Below are positions 1 to 12,164 of a stretch of DNA of 64,000 nucleotides, in pieces. Source of the DNA: Tubiluchus corallicola (Eukaryota > Animalia > Priapulida); assembly GCA_030141605.1 (NCBI GenBank), contig JAQGDQ010000088.1, positions 496,001 through 560,000 on the forward strand. Reading direction: 5' to 3'. Below the pieces are notes generated by a model. The model searched no databases. It had not been told where the DNA came from and saw only the letters and a program-made list of their open reading frames with translations. Both the position numbers and the translations under genes were made by a program. The stretch's first letter is position 1. The number at the start of each line of letters is the position of its first letter.

Positions 1-655
1 ACCGAGTGCTAAGTGTATTGTTTTCATAAATAAACCATATGCACTTTAGTAACATACAAAATCTACTTAGTAGGTCTCTTTGGTTTATAAATCCAGCCAT
101 TTAAATCAATTTAGCTTCGCACAAAGGTGGATTTATTGAACAAACTATGATGTATTTAATAATGCAATTCAACATTTATCAGTACAATTTTAAGGAAAAA
201 AACAATGAAAAAGCCATAAAATAAAATACAGCTACTTTATCTGAAACAAACGTTTAAGAAAAATTGTAACAGGAAAAATGCATAGATCAAAACAGCATAT
301 TCTTCAGATGTTAGGACTAAGAGGTACACACTAAACGCATCGTATATTCTCTGAAAATGTCGATGCATTTACCAATGCATTGTAGGCCTATCTTGTTAGT
401 AAAATGATTTTCGAGTCCAACGCCTGAATGCTAAATAGTAGATTTTTAAAAAAGATAGCTTAGCACTACTTAGATAACTTACTTAATATCTGTACTAAGT
501 ACAACGATAGATGCTCTAATGTTAAATTTTTTATACTAAGGAGTCAGTGTATGTGTGCATCTGTGCTTTCAAAGACTAGCATTTATAAATTATCACGCTG
601 AAAGTGCTAACCATAAAAATAGAATACTATGAAATAGAAGTAGACAATATCATAC

Positions 656-925
656 CGAATGTACAAGACGCATAATACCGTCACATGTCTTCATATATTT
701 CTTGTCGAAATGAACAACAATTGCTTCTTTTGCAAGAAACGGACTTCCATTACCCTCATGAATGTTTGGATTGACAACTGTGAAACGAGCAACATTAGCA
801 GGCAGCTTTCCCGAGTCTTTTTCTTTATCATCCCCATCTTCCTCTTTTGCTGTTAACGCTTCTCTTTCATGAGGAACAGGCGGTATATCTCCTTCATTCT
901 GCTCGTTGATGCGTTTTTCACTCAT
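656..925 (-). CDS. First coding exon of a probable MARVEL-domain membrane protein (CMTM/plasmolipin/MAL-like); gene continues beyond the left edge
   Basis: ATG at 925, 90 codons, then phase-0 donor TCG|GTATGA at 655. An acidic disordered N-terminus ends in FDKKYMKTCDGIMRLVHS, resembling the 'F..Y+.T..G++++' start of MARVEL domains (recalled family pattern, not a search result). Confidence 0.6.
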
Positions 926-1363
926 TTTTATAAGATGTTACGTATTAAATACAGGATATTAATGATAAAAACTCATTAATTTTGCGGATGAAAATAAAAT
1001 AATACTAAAACACTTCGAAAGTAGTAAAATACTAAAAGTTGCAATCACCACAGCTGAGCAAACTTTAATCGAATTTTATTCTGGGCTGACGGATCCTCTG
1101 GCTTTGTCAATGCGTGGCACCATCTAGTAACAGAAATCTAAAATTTATTTTTTGTAGGTTTTCCGGTTACAATCTATACATCTATGACATCAATGCAAGA
1201 AAGTTTTGGCAACAACTCCAGTTCCTAGGGAAAAAGAAATCAGCACTTTGGCAGCAGACTCTTACCAAATTATTTTAAGCTCTCATTATGTTATTTTTTA
1301 TAATCTTTTATTTAAAAAGCTGGTACAGATACCTACTGTGGAATTTTGTATTGTCTTGTGTTG

Positions 1364-1375
1364 CACGCATGCGCA
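1364..1375 (-). promoter_or_regulatory. NRF1/Ewg-type GC palindrome, candidate promoter element of the MARVEL-like gene
   Basis: TGCGCATGCGTG on the minus strand, ~100 bp upstream of a strong donor (TTG|GTAAGA at 1265) that could end a 5'UTR exon. Confidence 0.35.
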
Positions 1376-3519
1376 GGAGAGATTAAAATGGTTCAGTTCA
1401 GTAAAAGCCGTGTTTTAGTTTTTATCCGCTCTCTTGGGATTCAAACACGTCTTCACTATTCACACCTACTACTTTTAGGTCATTTTTTTTCATTGCTAAA
1501 TTATACAATTTTATGTAACTGTGATTTTAGTATCAGTATGCCATATCTTAACATTGTGTATGAAAAAATCTTTACACACAATCTGTTATGATTTTTTCGG
1601 TTTATGTAGTATTTAACGTGTATTGCTTTGCCAATGTACACTGTATGTATTTGTGCAAATAAAACTGCATTTAATTGAATTGAAACTACGTTCAAATTAT
1701 TATTTGCGACGACTATGATAGTGGGGGAGAGAATGATAATCTGCAGAAAATCAAATCAGTACACTGCAGTAGTAGGACTGAGCACCGAACGTTTGAGTTC
1801 AGACGAATAGTTTTATACTATTCGAATAAAATCATAGGTTCGAATAATTCAGCACTCCAACCACATAATATACGTTCTTTATCATTAAAATATTTGAAAC
1901 ATCATACAATCAGCACAGTTTACCTGCGATTTCTGTGCACAACTTTATAAGCAAATTATTGGTGCTTTTGCTCCAGGGCAAAATTAAGCAATATGCATGA
2001 TTTTTGTAAGACTGCATTTTATTGATGATTGCAAATTTATTCGAAAATCTTCAAAACTGTATTCAAATTTGATTCAGTGGCTGCGAAAATGCTGAAGTTC
2101 GGTTTGATTCAGATTCGAAAGTTACAAGTTTGGTTTGATTCGTATTTGTTTTTTGGCAGAGAATGCTCTTTACTAGCCCCTTTCGTGAATTGCGCGCAAT
2201 TCCGCAATAGGTTTCAAACAATTTGTATTCATTAAGCTCATTGTTCTATAGTATAAATTAAATGGACTACCATAACAAAATAAAGTACATTGTCCAATAT
2301 ATAGAAGAAGAATCTACATTTCTGATTAGCTGAAATGTAAACTGTAATCATTTTGCAGTACAACTATTAAATAATTAACAGTGATATAGACTTTTAATGC
2401 ACAATCCTTCCGAAAATGATGTACAAATGCTTCAAACCATTTTTGATTAAACAATTGTACACCACTAAAATGAGGTTCTTATGGCATGGTCTATATGCTG
2501 CCGTTAAGCCCCTGCTATTATGAATTTCATACCACAGGCCCCAAGCATAATAATTGGTAGAGTGAAATGCTATTAGTTAAGAGAGTTTGCAGCAGTATAA
2601 CAGTAAAATAGGCAGCGCATTGGTCAAAACGTTTGTTTGGATGTTTAGGTACAGTAGTGTATAGGGGTTTATATTTTTACTCTTTAGTGTACTGTAGCTA
2701 CAAAATGTTCACTAATATTGGTTAGTGTGAATTTAGTATTTGCTGGTCTACTATATTAACCAAAAAGGCAAAACTTTTTCATAATACATGCATAGTATAC
2801 GTACATGATTTGTTACCACAATTTCGGCCTTGGGCCTTCGTGTGCGCAGGGCTGTTCTGTGTTGTCTTTGGCTTCATCTATATTATATTGAACTGAGATC
2901 AAGTGTAAAGTGTGCACTCTGCTGTGCTATTATATACTGCTATATAATACTGTATGCTATACTGCACCTGTACAGTTGTGTGATATATACCACTTGTAAC
3001 CCTTTATGTCAGTTTACTTATAGATTTGACTATCCTCTACTTTCGTGGATGCTCTACAGTAAATGTGTAAATTCTGGCCATTCGTGAGACACGTGTAAAT
3101 GTGTATCATTAATTTTGCAGTTTAGAAGTAGTATGACACGCATGCATTGTGCAGTGAAACTTAACCTTAGTTAAGCAATTTCTTAGTAGACCACCCTAGC
3201 TACAACAATGATGATTACATCGAAACAACAATTTTGTTTACCCCCGGCCATCATGAATCATTAATAATATAATTATGCTTTATATTATACTGTTTCATAA
3301 GGTGTTAGAATCAATGTAATTTTGTGCTCACTTGAAGATATGTATATGTTATGTTCTTCAGTGCATTTTTATGTTTGTTTAATTTGCTTTAATGTATGTG
3401 ATTCTTCACGTTTTTGACGACATGTGTATTGCGTATATGTACAATTATTTTTTTCAGTGCAATTTAATATTCTTCTTAATGTATTTAATGCATGCTTACT
3501 TAACGATCGTGTATGTTTG

Positions 3520-3683
3520 TGTATGTCCTGTCACTGTCAACATCGCATTAGTAATTAGCGTGCTCGTGCTGGTACATTTTATCGTGTGATTTGCCAGCTA
3601 ACATTGTAAATCATTAGTTAGGTACACTGAATGATTTTAATGCATTGTATAATGTTTATAATCATTTTTTATGGCAAATAAAG

Positions 3684-3717
<34 letters not shown>
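3520..3717 (+). mobile_element. 3' end (3'UTR + TA tail) of a non-LTR retrotransposon related to the element at 5243-6193
   Basis: Ends ATGGCAAATAAAGATATT(AT)n, matching the reverse complement of 5243-5290; shares upstream ATTTGCC and ACACTGA(A/T)TGATT blocks. Confidence 0.6.
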
Positions 3718-3721
<4 letters not shown>

Positions 3722-3722
3722 C

Positions 3723-3814
3723 GGCTAGACTCCAAAGATTATAATTATATATATATATATATATATATAATATAATTATATATATAATATATATATAATC
3801 TTTGGAGTCTGGCC
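3723..3814. repeat. Short foldback: 21-bp inverted arms around a TA-rich spacer
   Basis: GGCTAGACTCCAAAGATTATA ... TATAATCTTTGGAGTCTGGCC (1 mismatch). Confidence 0.85.
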
Positions 3815-4779
3815 TATGTTTTCTAGTCGGTTGTAGTATTTCTTATCAGTTTTATATGGATACTGCACAGATCCTCAATTATTTACTTGGCTGTACAGGG
3901 AATAAAACAAAACTGGATGACAACATCTGAAATAAATCAGATGTTGCTCTGTTTTTGGTGTTCTACACTTTGCTACATGTTTGTTTTTCCACTATTGGCG
4001 TTTCTAGATACCATCTCTTCTAGCACTAAGGGCCTTTTGTCATCAAACTGCAGCAAAGTAAGAATCTTCGAGTTAAAGCGTCACCGTTAACCACGAGGAC
4101 TTTTGTGTAGTATAATAATGCATCCTTATCCTGCCTTTAGACAGTATAATGTCAGTTTTCACCCACTGTAATCCCGGGCCTCTCTCAACTCTGTGGGCTG
4201 CAAGGATCGAGTTCTTCGAATTGTAAGCGACTGCAATAGAATACCAGGTCTTATTTTAATAACAGAAGTATATTTGCCTAACTTCTTTGTTGCTATAATC
4301 CTATTGAATGTATTGTTAAGGTAAGGTAATCCCCCCCAATACATTCACTGTACTGGGTTTTAGCGACATTCAGCCATTTGGCCATCGGGTCAACGAATAA
4401 TTTTGTTGCCAACCATTTCAAAGAACAGCTAGTCATTTTATGTACTGCTGCCTAACTAGGATATTTCTCCTGTTGTTTGCTTATATGTGCTAGTATCTTC
4501 ACTTGTGTTTTAAAACTTCAGATGAGATTTATCAACATTTTAAAGTGGGAATGAATGAATTTAGTTCATCGGTGTGCCGTTCAGTTGTACCTGCCAGCCT
4601 TCTGCTGGCTAATAGGCGAAAATTAGTGAGCAATCTCCATAAAACCAGCTCATGCTTCCATGTTCACGGAAATGTAATCACCATGGAAATTATCTTCAAA
4701 TGGAAATTGTACTTACACACACAAACAACAGAGAGAAATTCCATCCGAATAACCGATTTATTTATCTGTTACTATATGC

Positions 4780-5035
4780 AAGATCTTTCAGACCATATTT
4801 CTCTTGGACAATTGCTGTTTTGCTGATGTGTTTTTGCTTTATTCGCTCCATTGCAGGCAACTCTTCTATTTAATCAACCGTCACCAGTTATATTATTTTA
4901 TATTTTAATGGAACTTTGAAAGCACCTAGATCAGGTTAGTAATTTGACAATTTTTGACGTATCCAAAGTTTTCAATAAGGTGTGAGACAGATGCTACAAA
5001 CTTCAATCATGTGGCATAGGTAGCAGCCTCAGTAT
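4780..5035 (+). mobile_element. Highly degenerate LINE reverse-transcriptase fragment
   Basis: Translates IFDVSKVFNKV*...YKLQSCGIGSSL (cf. RT 'FLDISKAFDKVWH..LL.KL..YGI.G.L'), preceded by a frameshifted RP-ISL-like motif. Confidence 0.5.
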
Positions 5036-5242
5036 TGTTTATATGTCGCGAGATTCGAGCACATCTTGATCAGAGGTCGCTGAAAGCATTATGATCTCGC
5101 TTATGAAAGAAGTCCTTCCATCCACCAAACCGACGATGATGTTTTTTTTCAGTGGTCGGTAAAACTGTACTTATCTCGTGGGAACGCTAAGCAAGACCAA
5201 GCGGTACAAAAGGAAAGGAAAATGCAATTTCAGTTCGGGAGT

Positions 5243-6193
5243 TATATATATATATATAATAATCTTTATTTGCCATTAAAAACATTGATAATCACTGATA
5301 AAAACTTTATAGAGATAATCAATCAGTGTTAGTTAATAAAAACTTACACTGCTGAAGGCAAATGCGTCAGTGCAATCTAAACTACTGTGCAGTAATGACG
5401 AATAAAATCAAACATATTTACAACTATACACAAAAAAATATAAAAAAAAACTATGATTTAATTAATATGGCCGTGGGTATATGAATTCGGAATTAGTGTG
5501 TATGTTGTCGTACTGGTGTGATGGTATTTCATATCTGGTTAATATTAGTGATTTTAATTTTGTTTTCAATGCTGATAGGGACTTGATTTGTTTAACCTGT
5601 AATGGTAGAGAATTCCAAAGTAAAATTGCTTGTTTGATTACAGAGTTCGTTCCATAGTGGGTATTTGTCCTAATTTGTTTTAGATTGAATGTTCTGGAAT
5701 TAACGATAGGATTTGGAAAAAAGGTAAATCTGTTATTCTGGAATGGTTTGCTGATGTTGTTAATGTATTTAAATATAAAAAGCAGAGTAAAATATTCTTT
5801 GTGTGCTTCAATGATTGGGAATTTTAAAGTTTTTCTCAGGTTAGTTGTTGAAGCTTTGAATTTTTGTCTACCTGCCTTGTGTTTGTATGAGTACCCAGCT
5901 ATCAATCTCAATGCATAGTTTTGAAGGAGATTTAATTTTAAGTAATTTTCTCTTTTGGTTTTTTGAAGTAGCGTACATCCATATAAGAAGTGTGGTAGAA
6001 CTAAAGTTTTATATATTAGTGTTTTAGTTTCCTTTGTTAGTTGCCCTTTAACTTGTCGGAGATATGATGTGCTAGATGCCATTTTTGTGTATATGTTATT
6101 AAAGTGATCATCCCATGAAAGATTATTGTCTACTTGTATGCCCAGGAATTTAACATTGTTAGTTTGTTTGATTACAGCATTATCTATTGTCAA
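5243..6193 (-). mobile_element. 5'-truncated LINE (CR1/L2-group-like): ORF2 C-terminal region, 3'UTR and (TA)n tail
   Basis: ORF 5462-6193 contains VKFLGIQVDNNLSWDDH...LIYKTLVLPHFLYGC...LQNYALRLI...LWNSLP, typical of the non-LTR RT thumb and C-terminus; ends GGCAAATAAAGATT + (AT)n. Confidence 0.85.
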
Positions 6194-8628
6194 AGTGGAT
6201 TGTCAAAGTCAAAGTTACCAGACATTTACATGTCATATTATGATACAAGAATTATGATACACGTGTCAGATAGCATTGGCAGTTATTTTCATATGAAAAA
6301 TATTGAGGATGGTAATAGCATTATAATTAAAAAAAACTAACTATGACGAAAACTATAACCTAAGGAACAGACCACATAACAAACACATAAAAATGAATAA
6401 ATGAAGGCAAACATATAGATACTTATATAATCACAACAAACACCAGGCACTATTTTTGCACAACTTTTAAACCTGTTAAACCAAACGGTATTAAGAATTA
6501 ACAACTATACTAACCTAACTACCCAGGCAGCACACAATATTATCATTACCATAATATTATATTATATGATATACTATAATCTTATTATATATTATAGTGA
6601 TGATTTTATCAGGTTCTTGACAAAAAAGTATATTCGGAAATTATTGTCACCATGTTGGTACAAAATAGGTCATTTTTTTTCTAATATGGATATGGAAACA
6701 CACGGTTTACAGATATTGGTAAAAAACACAGGTACAACGTTGTGGCAAGTCTACTTTTGACGCGATCCTTCACATTGTTTTTCATGTAATATTATTTTTT
6801 TTCGATTTTCAATATTACGAGAGTTACACTGTATTCTGAATTTTCACAAAATGGATTCATAGCAAAGGTAAATTGTGTTCTAAATAATATATACAAGAAG
6901 TTGGGCAGTTACTTTACAAGTCCACGCGAGCAAAATGTACGCGTATACATGTCGCCAAGCGAGTGACACAAATGTCACACATTTCCTGAAATGGAACTAA
7001 CTAATGGTTGTTCGTCCTGCCGAACTGGATTAAGTGTTGGTATAATAGACTTACCTCATTATGTAGCCCTTCTGGCGCTTTAAAACACATACCTGTCAGC
7101 ATTTCAAACTACTCATAAGAATTCAATATTCCGGGGTCTTGCTCCGAGTCTTAATTTAGTTTGTTAACTGTAGCACATAATTTATGGCTTTCGATTTTTA
7201 TGTGTGTCAAATCAGATGAGGTTCGAGCTAACAAACTTCTCCTTTCGGATAATTTTATCATTTAGACTTCTATATCTGTCATTTTTCCTATAGTCATTTT
7301 CTCTTTTGCAGGTATTAGTTTGTTTATTTTTCTTATTAATTTTGCTAACACTTTGTTACTTCATTCACCTTGGCCAGAGCTATGCCTTTATTGTCCTATT
7401 ATAAATGCCAAATTTCAAATTTATTTTTACTTGTATTGTATCTGAATAAACAACTCCTCGTCTTCTTTTGGGCTGTTTAAAGTAAGAAAACTTCACAATC
7501 CATGTCTATGAACATTATCAAGCTTTAATATCGGTTATTATAGCCCCACTTATGGGGGAAAATGGCATAACTTAGGATTATGTATGAGTAATTATCTCAG
7601 TCGTCTCGCTTTTCAGCAAAAACTCTAGCTAGTGGAAGTCCAATATTAGTTTTGTTGTCATCCACAATTCAATTGGGTTATATAATTTTTGACCGGTACA
7701 GTAAGTAATCATTGCTTTTGTTCCTTTTTTTACTTCTTCATTAACAATGGCTGCAAGACCATGTGTATGTTGTGAATAAAACATTAAAATTTTGATCAAA
7801 AGTTAAAGAAAGCATAACAAATTATAACAACTGATATTAAGTATCTATTCTGAGTTTCGTTAAAAAACAACATAATAAACATTTTACAATTAATATCAAA
7901 ATCTCTCGGAGTTTAAAAACTTCATTAGTTTACTGACACTAGTAAGATTAAAGATACTAATATACCTATATATATGTTTGCTTGTGAACAGTATAATATA
8001 TATATATATATACAGCTTGTGAAAACTCCTGTTAATGTAATTAACGCACATCACTTTTAGTTACAATAATAAAATTGTTACTGCCGTGCACCAAAATAAA
8101 TCAAAGTATAAGAGATATAATTTTTTCCACAGAGTATCGCAAGTACATTGCTTCAAAAGGAATCAGAGTTTTTAAGGACTTGGCCAACAAAAAAATTAAA
8201 TTGTTACAAATGCAAATACATATGTAGTACAGTTATACACCTACAATTGTCAACTTTATATGGTATTTTCTGGGGCTTGTTACTTTTTGTGATAGTAGTT
8301 TATAGTTGCTTTTCTGAAAACAAAAGTCTTATAATTTTTGTAATGTAAAAAATTTTCCTGTGCAGATGGTTTATTTTTTTATTCTAGTGTCTTTATGAAA
8401 ACAGTAAAATAGTGTTTAGAAGACAGAAATAAAATAATATGCATGATTTACTTACAGTCCTGAGATTCCTGATCCACAAATATTAAACAGATAACAATAG
8501 GCATTGAACATTCAATTGCAATGTAAATGGAAAAGTTTACAACTGATTTAACACAAAAAATAGACTAGATTGTTAACACTATCATATCAACAACTGTTTG
8601 TTACATTTAACATTACAACTAGCATAAT

Positions 8629-10077
8629 TTAAGTGTTATCATAATCAACAGGAGGCGGCTGTGGTGGGGAAACTTGCTGGTGGAGTGAAGGGGACTTTTC
8701 ATTTTTTGTTTCTGGGCCTGGAGTAGGTGGAGTCACCTCTAACACTGGAAGACTGCTTTGCGGTTGAAGACGTTGTTTTTTATCAGAGACAGATTGCATG
8801 TGTTCATCCATTATGGCATCAAGAGAAGCACCAATATTTAAAACCCCTCTTTTGCAGTATCGAGTAGGCTTCCCATTGCTAGGTCTATCTCCAGGATCCT
8901 GAAAGATTTTCTTTAACTCCTCGTTTATTTGTTTTGTTTCAGGTGGCATAGTGGCAGTAACAGAAGATTGTGCAGAGGAGGAAGCTGAGTCTCTACTATC
9001 ACTACTATCAGATCGTGCCCCAACTTTTAATATAGGTTTCTTTTTTAGTCTGTCCTTGGGTAACATTCCGATATCACTAAAGTCTGAATCACTTTGCACA
9101 GTCTCTGCACGAATGAGAGTCCGTCGACTTAGGTGCTTTGGCACTTTCTTGTCAGCAGACTTTTTGCCATTGCTTACTGAATCACTCATTGTGGAAGTTG
9201 GGATAATAGTTTGAGGTACTGGTTTAGTCCCTGTTTCACTTTCTGTGTCACTATAAACAAGTGCACATTTAGTTTGTGGAATGATTTGTGGCTGCTTGCC
9301 ATGTCTTTCAGATAGCACAGGGTCAGATTCAGAAAACTCTGAGTCACTGGCGCCATAACCATGTGGCTTGGAACTGCCACAGCCGCTTTTGTGTGACGAA
9401 AACTTTTTCTTTCCACCTGGTATTACAATAATTTTTGGTTCAAGTATTGGCGTACTAGCCTTCTCTTTTTCTACTGCATATTTTTCTGATGACACTGACC
9501 GAGTCCTTTTCACCACTTCAGCAGCATTTTTGTTATCTGTTCGGGGTAGTACTGTGGTTGGTTTGGGGGCAACAGCAGGTTTTGCAGCTGCCTTTAAATT
9601 CACACCACCAACAATATCTATTGTACGAAGCTGCTCCAAAGATGTCGTCCTTGGATATGGAAGGGGTGGTTCGTCATCATCACGGATTTCGTTTCCACTT
9701 CGTTGGGCAGCAGGCATTCCTGTTAGCACCTTTTCTGACCATTTTAGAGAAGAAGAACGTGGTAAAGGTTGAGGTCTCTCGGTAAATGAATTACAGTCTG
9801 CTACCTCACGTGGCTTTTTCCCCTTTTGCTGGGGTAATGATTTCGGACGATCCCTTTTTCCAGGATAATTATTGGATGCACCATCACGCATTTGAACACG
9901 ACTTGTGCTGTTCATTTCATGCCACGCACAATTCGGTGGCACACCACTATCAAACAATTCAGTCATCCCGACACTTGCTCCGTGAGGCAGAAGTGGCGAG
10001 GCACCACCAGGATACTGCCCTTCCATATCGGTTGACTGTTGTGCAGTTCTGTGGGCTGATTCCAAATTACAGTGGTC
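8629..10077 (-). CDS. Neto: Neto-like terminal coding exon: long Ser/Pro/Lys-rich cytoplasmic tail
   Basis: Acceptor TTGGTTATAG|GAC, phase 0 matching the TM exon donor; 482 codons plus TAA, ending PPPPVDYDNT*. Confidence 0.8.
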   Translation of the reverse strand, partial: DHCNLESAHRTAQQSTDMEGQYPGGASPLLPHGASVGMTELFDSGVPPNCAWHEMNSTSRVQMRDGASNNYPGKRDRPKSLPQQKGKKPREVADCNSFTERPQPLPRSSSLKWSEKVLTGMPAAQRSGNEIRDDDEPPLPYPRTTSLEQLRTIDIVGGVNLKAAAKPAVAPKPTTVLPRTDNKNAAEVVKRTRSVSSEKYAVEKEKASTPILEPKIIVIPGGKKKFSSHKSGCGSSKPHGYGASDSEFSESDPVLSERHGKQPQIIPQTKCALVYSDTESETGTKPVPQTIIPTSTMSDSVSNGKKSADKKVPKHLSRRTLIRAETVQSDSDFSDIGMLPKDRLKKKPILKVGARSDSSDSRDSASSSAQSSVTATMPPETKQINEELKKIFQDPGDRPSNGKPTRYCKRGVLNIGASLDAIMDEHMQSVSDKKQRLQPQSSLPVLEVTPPTPGPETKNEKSPSLHQQVSPPQPPPVDYDNT

Positions 10078-11559
10078 CTATAACCAAAATATAATGTTAA
10101 AAACCAATTTGCAATATCGGACACGGCTGTCACAAGGTAAAAGGAATTTGTAATTGTTTAAACAAGTTATGTTAGCTAAACCAACATTTGCAGCTAGAAG
10201 AAGAAGAAGATAGAGCGCTAAGAGATTAAAAATCTAATTTTTTTCAGTGGCCTTTTTTCTATGAGAACATTCAAAATAGCAAAGAAATTTGTTGGTGACA
10301 TACAATCTTCACACGTACAAAGAGTGGAATGTCCGTCACTCATCCATATCTATTGTGTTAATCGTTCTTGCCACTATATCTGGAAGTTTTATCACATGGA
10401 ATTAAAAATTTTACTATAGAAAATTTTGAATGGTTATGTGGCCAAAACTATTATTGGAAAGCAGTAATTATGGGTGTTCGCTACGCAGTTTGTTAAAGAA
10501 GAGGATCTATGCACAAATTACGCAGTAGACCTATCATTATCTATAGTATAGTTTAGGGAGCCGTACCTAATGATGGTAGTAATAATAACGAACTCCTGTT
10601 TTCGAGCTGCCATTAGCAAGTGAATAGAAATTAGTATCGGTCAGTTGAAGGAATTGCTGATGGGAAGAGTTGTGATGCCGTGTCCGAGGTGATTCAAGGT
10701 ATGTCTGTAAATCCGGCACAGAATCTTGATCACTTACACTCGGCTGTAATAATTTTATGCCTTTTTAATTCCTATTGTTATTGCTTACATAAGTAAAGCC
10801 ACACAAATTTAAAATATGTTATTCTGCTGAGACTGTGTGATTTGTTCTCTAGCCCAATGACAATTGCAGTATTATGTGCTAAATTAATGACACAGACACA
10901 ATAATTTATATTTTACAACCAACTGTGAAAGTGTACATATTATCTCTCTCTATATATAATATGTGGTGCCATCCATTGACTAAAAAGAAAAGGTATCATA
11001 AGTTGCAGCTATAATTTACGGCAATGAGCCAGAAGCTATAGAGCTACATACTACCTTTAAGACAGAAATACGTCAATGCTACAGCACCATACTACTTTCA
11101 ACAAAAATTACCCAACTCTGACTGTATATGCAGTGGAAGACACCTTGTGAAAGTCAAAATAATTTACCACATCAAATATACGAACAAGCAAAACGATGTA
11201 GCACATCAAAGGTTAGGGTTTTATCAAAGGTTAAACTTATGAAAAAGCACAGACCCAATGATGTAGTATAGGATGGAAAGTATGAATCAGTATCCATGCA
11301 GCTTCGTGAGGCAGTGGCACTTATCACTGATACGTTTTTAGCAACATCAGACTTCAACAAAAAGTTCTTTTTTGACAGTAGAGTTTGCTGAATTTCACAT
11401 TGGTGGACTAAAATGAGGCTGCAGATTTAGAACCTCATTACTTAGAGGCAAGATGCTAAGGATAAAAAGGATAAAACAATGAAGAAACGCTGGACTTGAT
11501 TAAAAAATGGATCAGTGACTTTCACGACTATTCTTGGCACAATTCACGTCGCATTGTAA

Positions 11560-11612
11560 CATGATATGACATGATGTGACATGATATGATATGATATGAC
11601 ATGATATATGAT
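11560..11612. repeat. Degenerate (ATGAY)n pentanucleotide repeat
   Basis: ATGATATGACATGATGTGACATGATATGATATGATATGACATGAT. Confidence 0.75.
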
Positions 11613-11994
11613 ACTGGTGTATATGCCACGGCTAGCTAAGCAGTATCATGTTAGAGCGCCTCTTTCTTGTCTATGGATGGTGCCACAAGTCACGTTCTAC
11701 GCAGTATACAAATGTTTTTGTATTCCTATTCTCTAAAAAGTATTAATGACTCAGAGTCAACAAAATCGAATCGAGTAATAGACTACTCACTAGCCACACT
11801 AAGTTCAGAAATAACTTTTTTGTAATCTTATTACTTGTGGCTTTTGAGATGTCACTTTAGAATACATTAGGCCTTCAAATAATTATTACTGTTGCACTTA
11901 TCGAAGCCTATTATTAACCGTGTACAGTCAGTTGAGCACAGAAAATAATGTACATATATACGAATATGGCAGTTACGTGTTATGATTGTATTAC

Positions 11995-12164
11995 CTGAAG
12001 GTGTCTTCGCTGTGCCCGTTTGCGGCAACAACAACAACAGCACACGACGATAATAATGATGATGACAAAAGCGACACCTCCAGCAACACCAGCAATCAAG
12101 TATACAACTTTCGGGTCTGTAAGAATGCCAGGATGCGAATCCATTGTTGTGCTTTCTGTAGGGG
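11995..12164 (-). CDS. Neto: Neto-like transmembrane exon
   Basis: Acceptor TTTCTATTTCAG|CC (phase 1), donor CAG|GTAATA; encodes PTESTTMDSHPGILTDPK-VVYLIAGVAGGVAFVIIIIIVV-CCCCCC-RKRAQRRHLQ. Confidence 0.85.

Noticed and set aside
8951-10094. Plus-strand ORFs (8951, 9368, 9489, 9786) overlapping the long Neto exon
   Set aside because: Antisense shadows of a coding exon; no domain signal or splice support.
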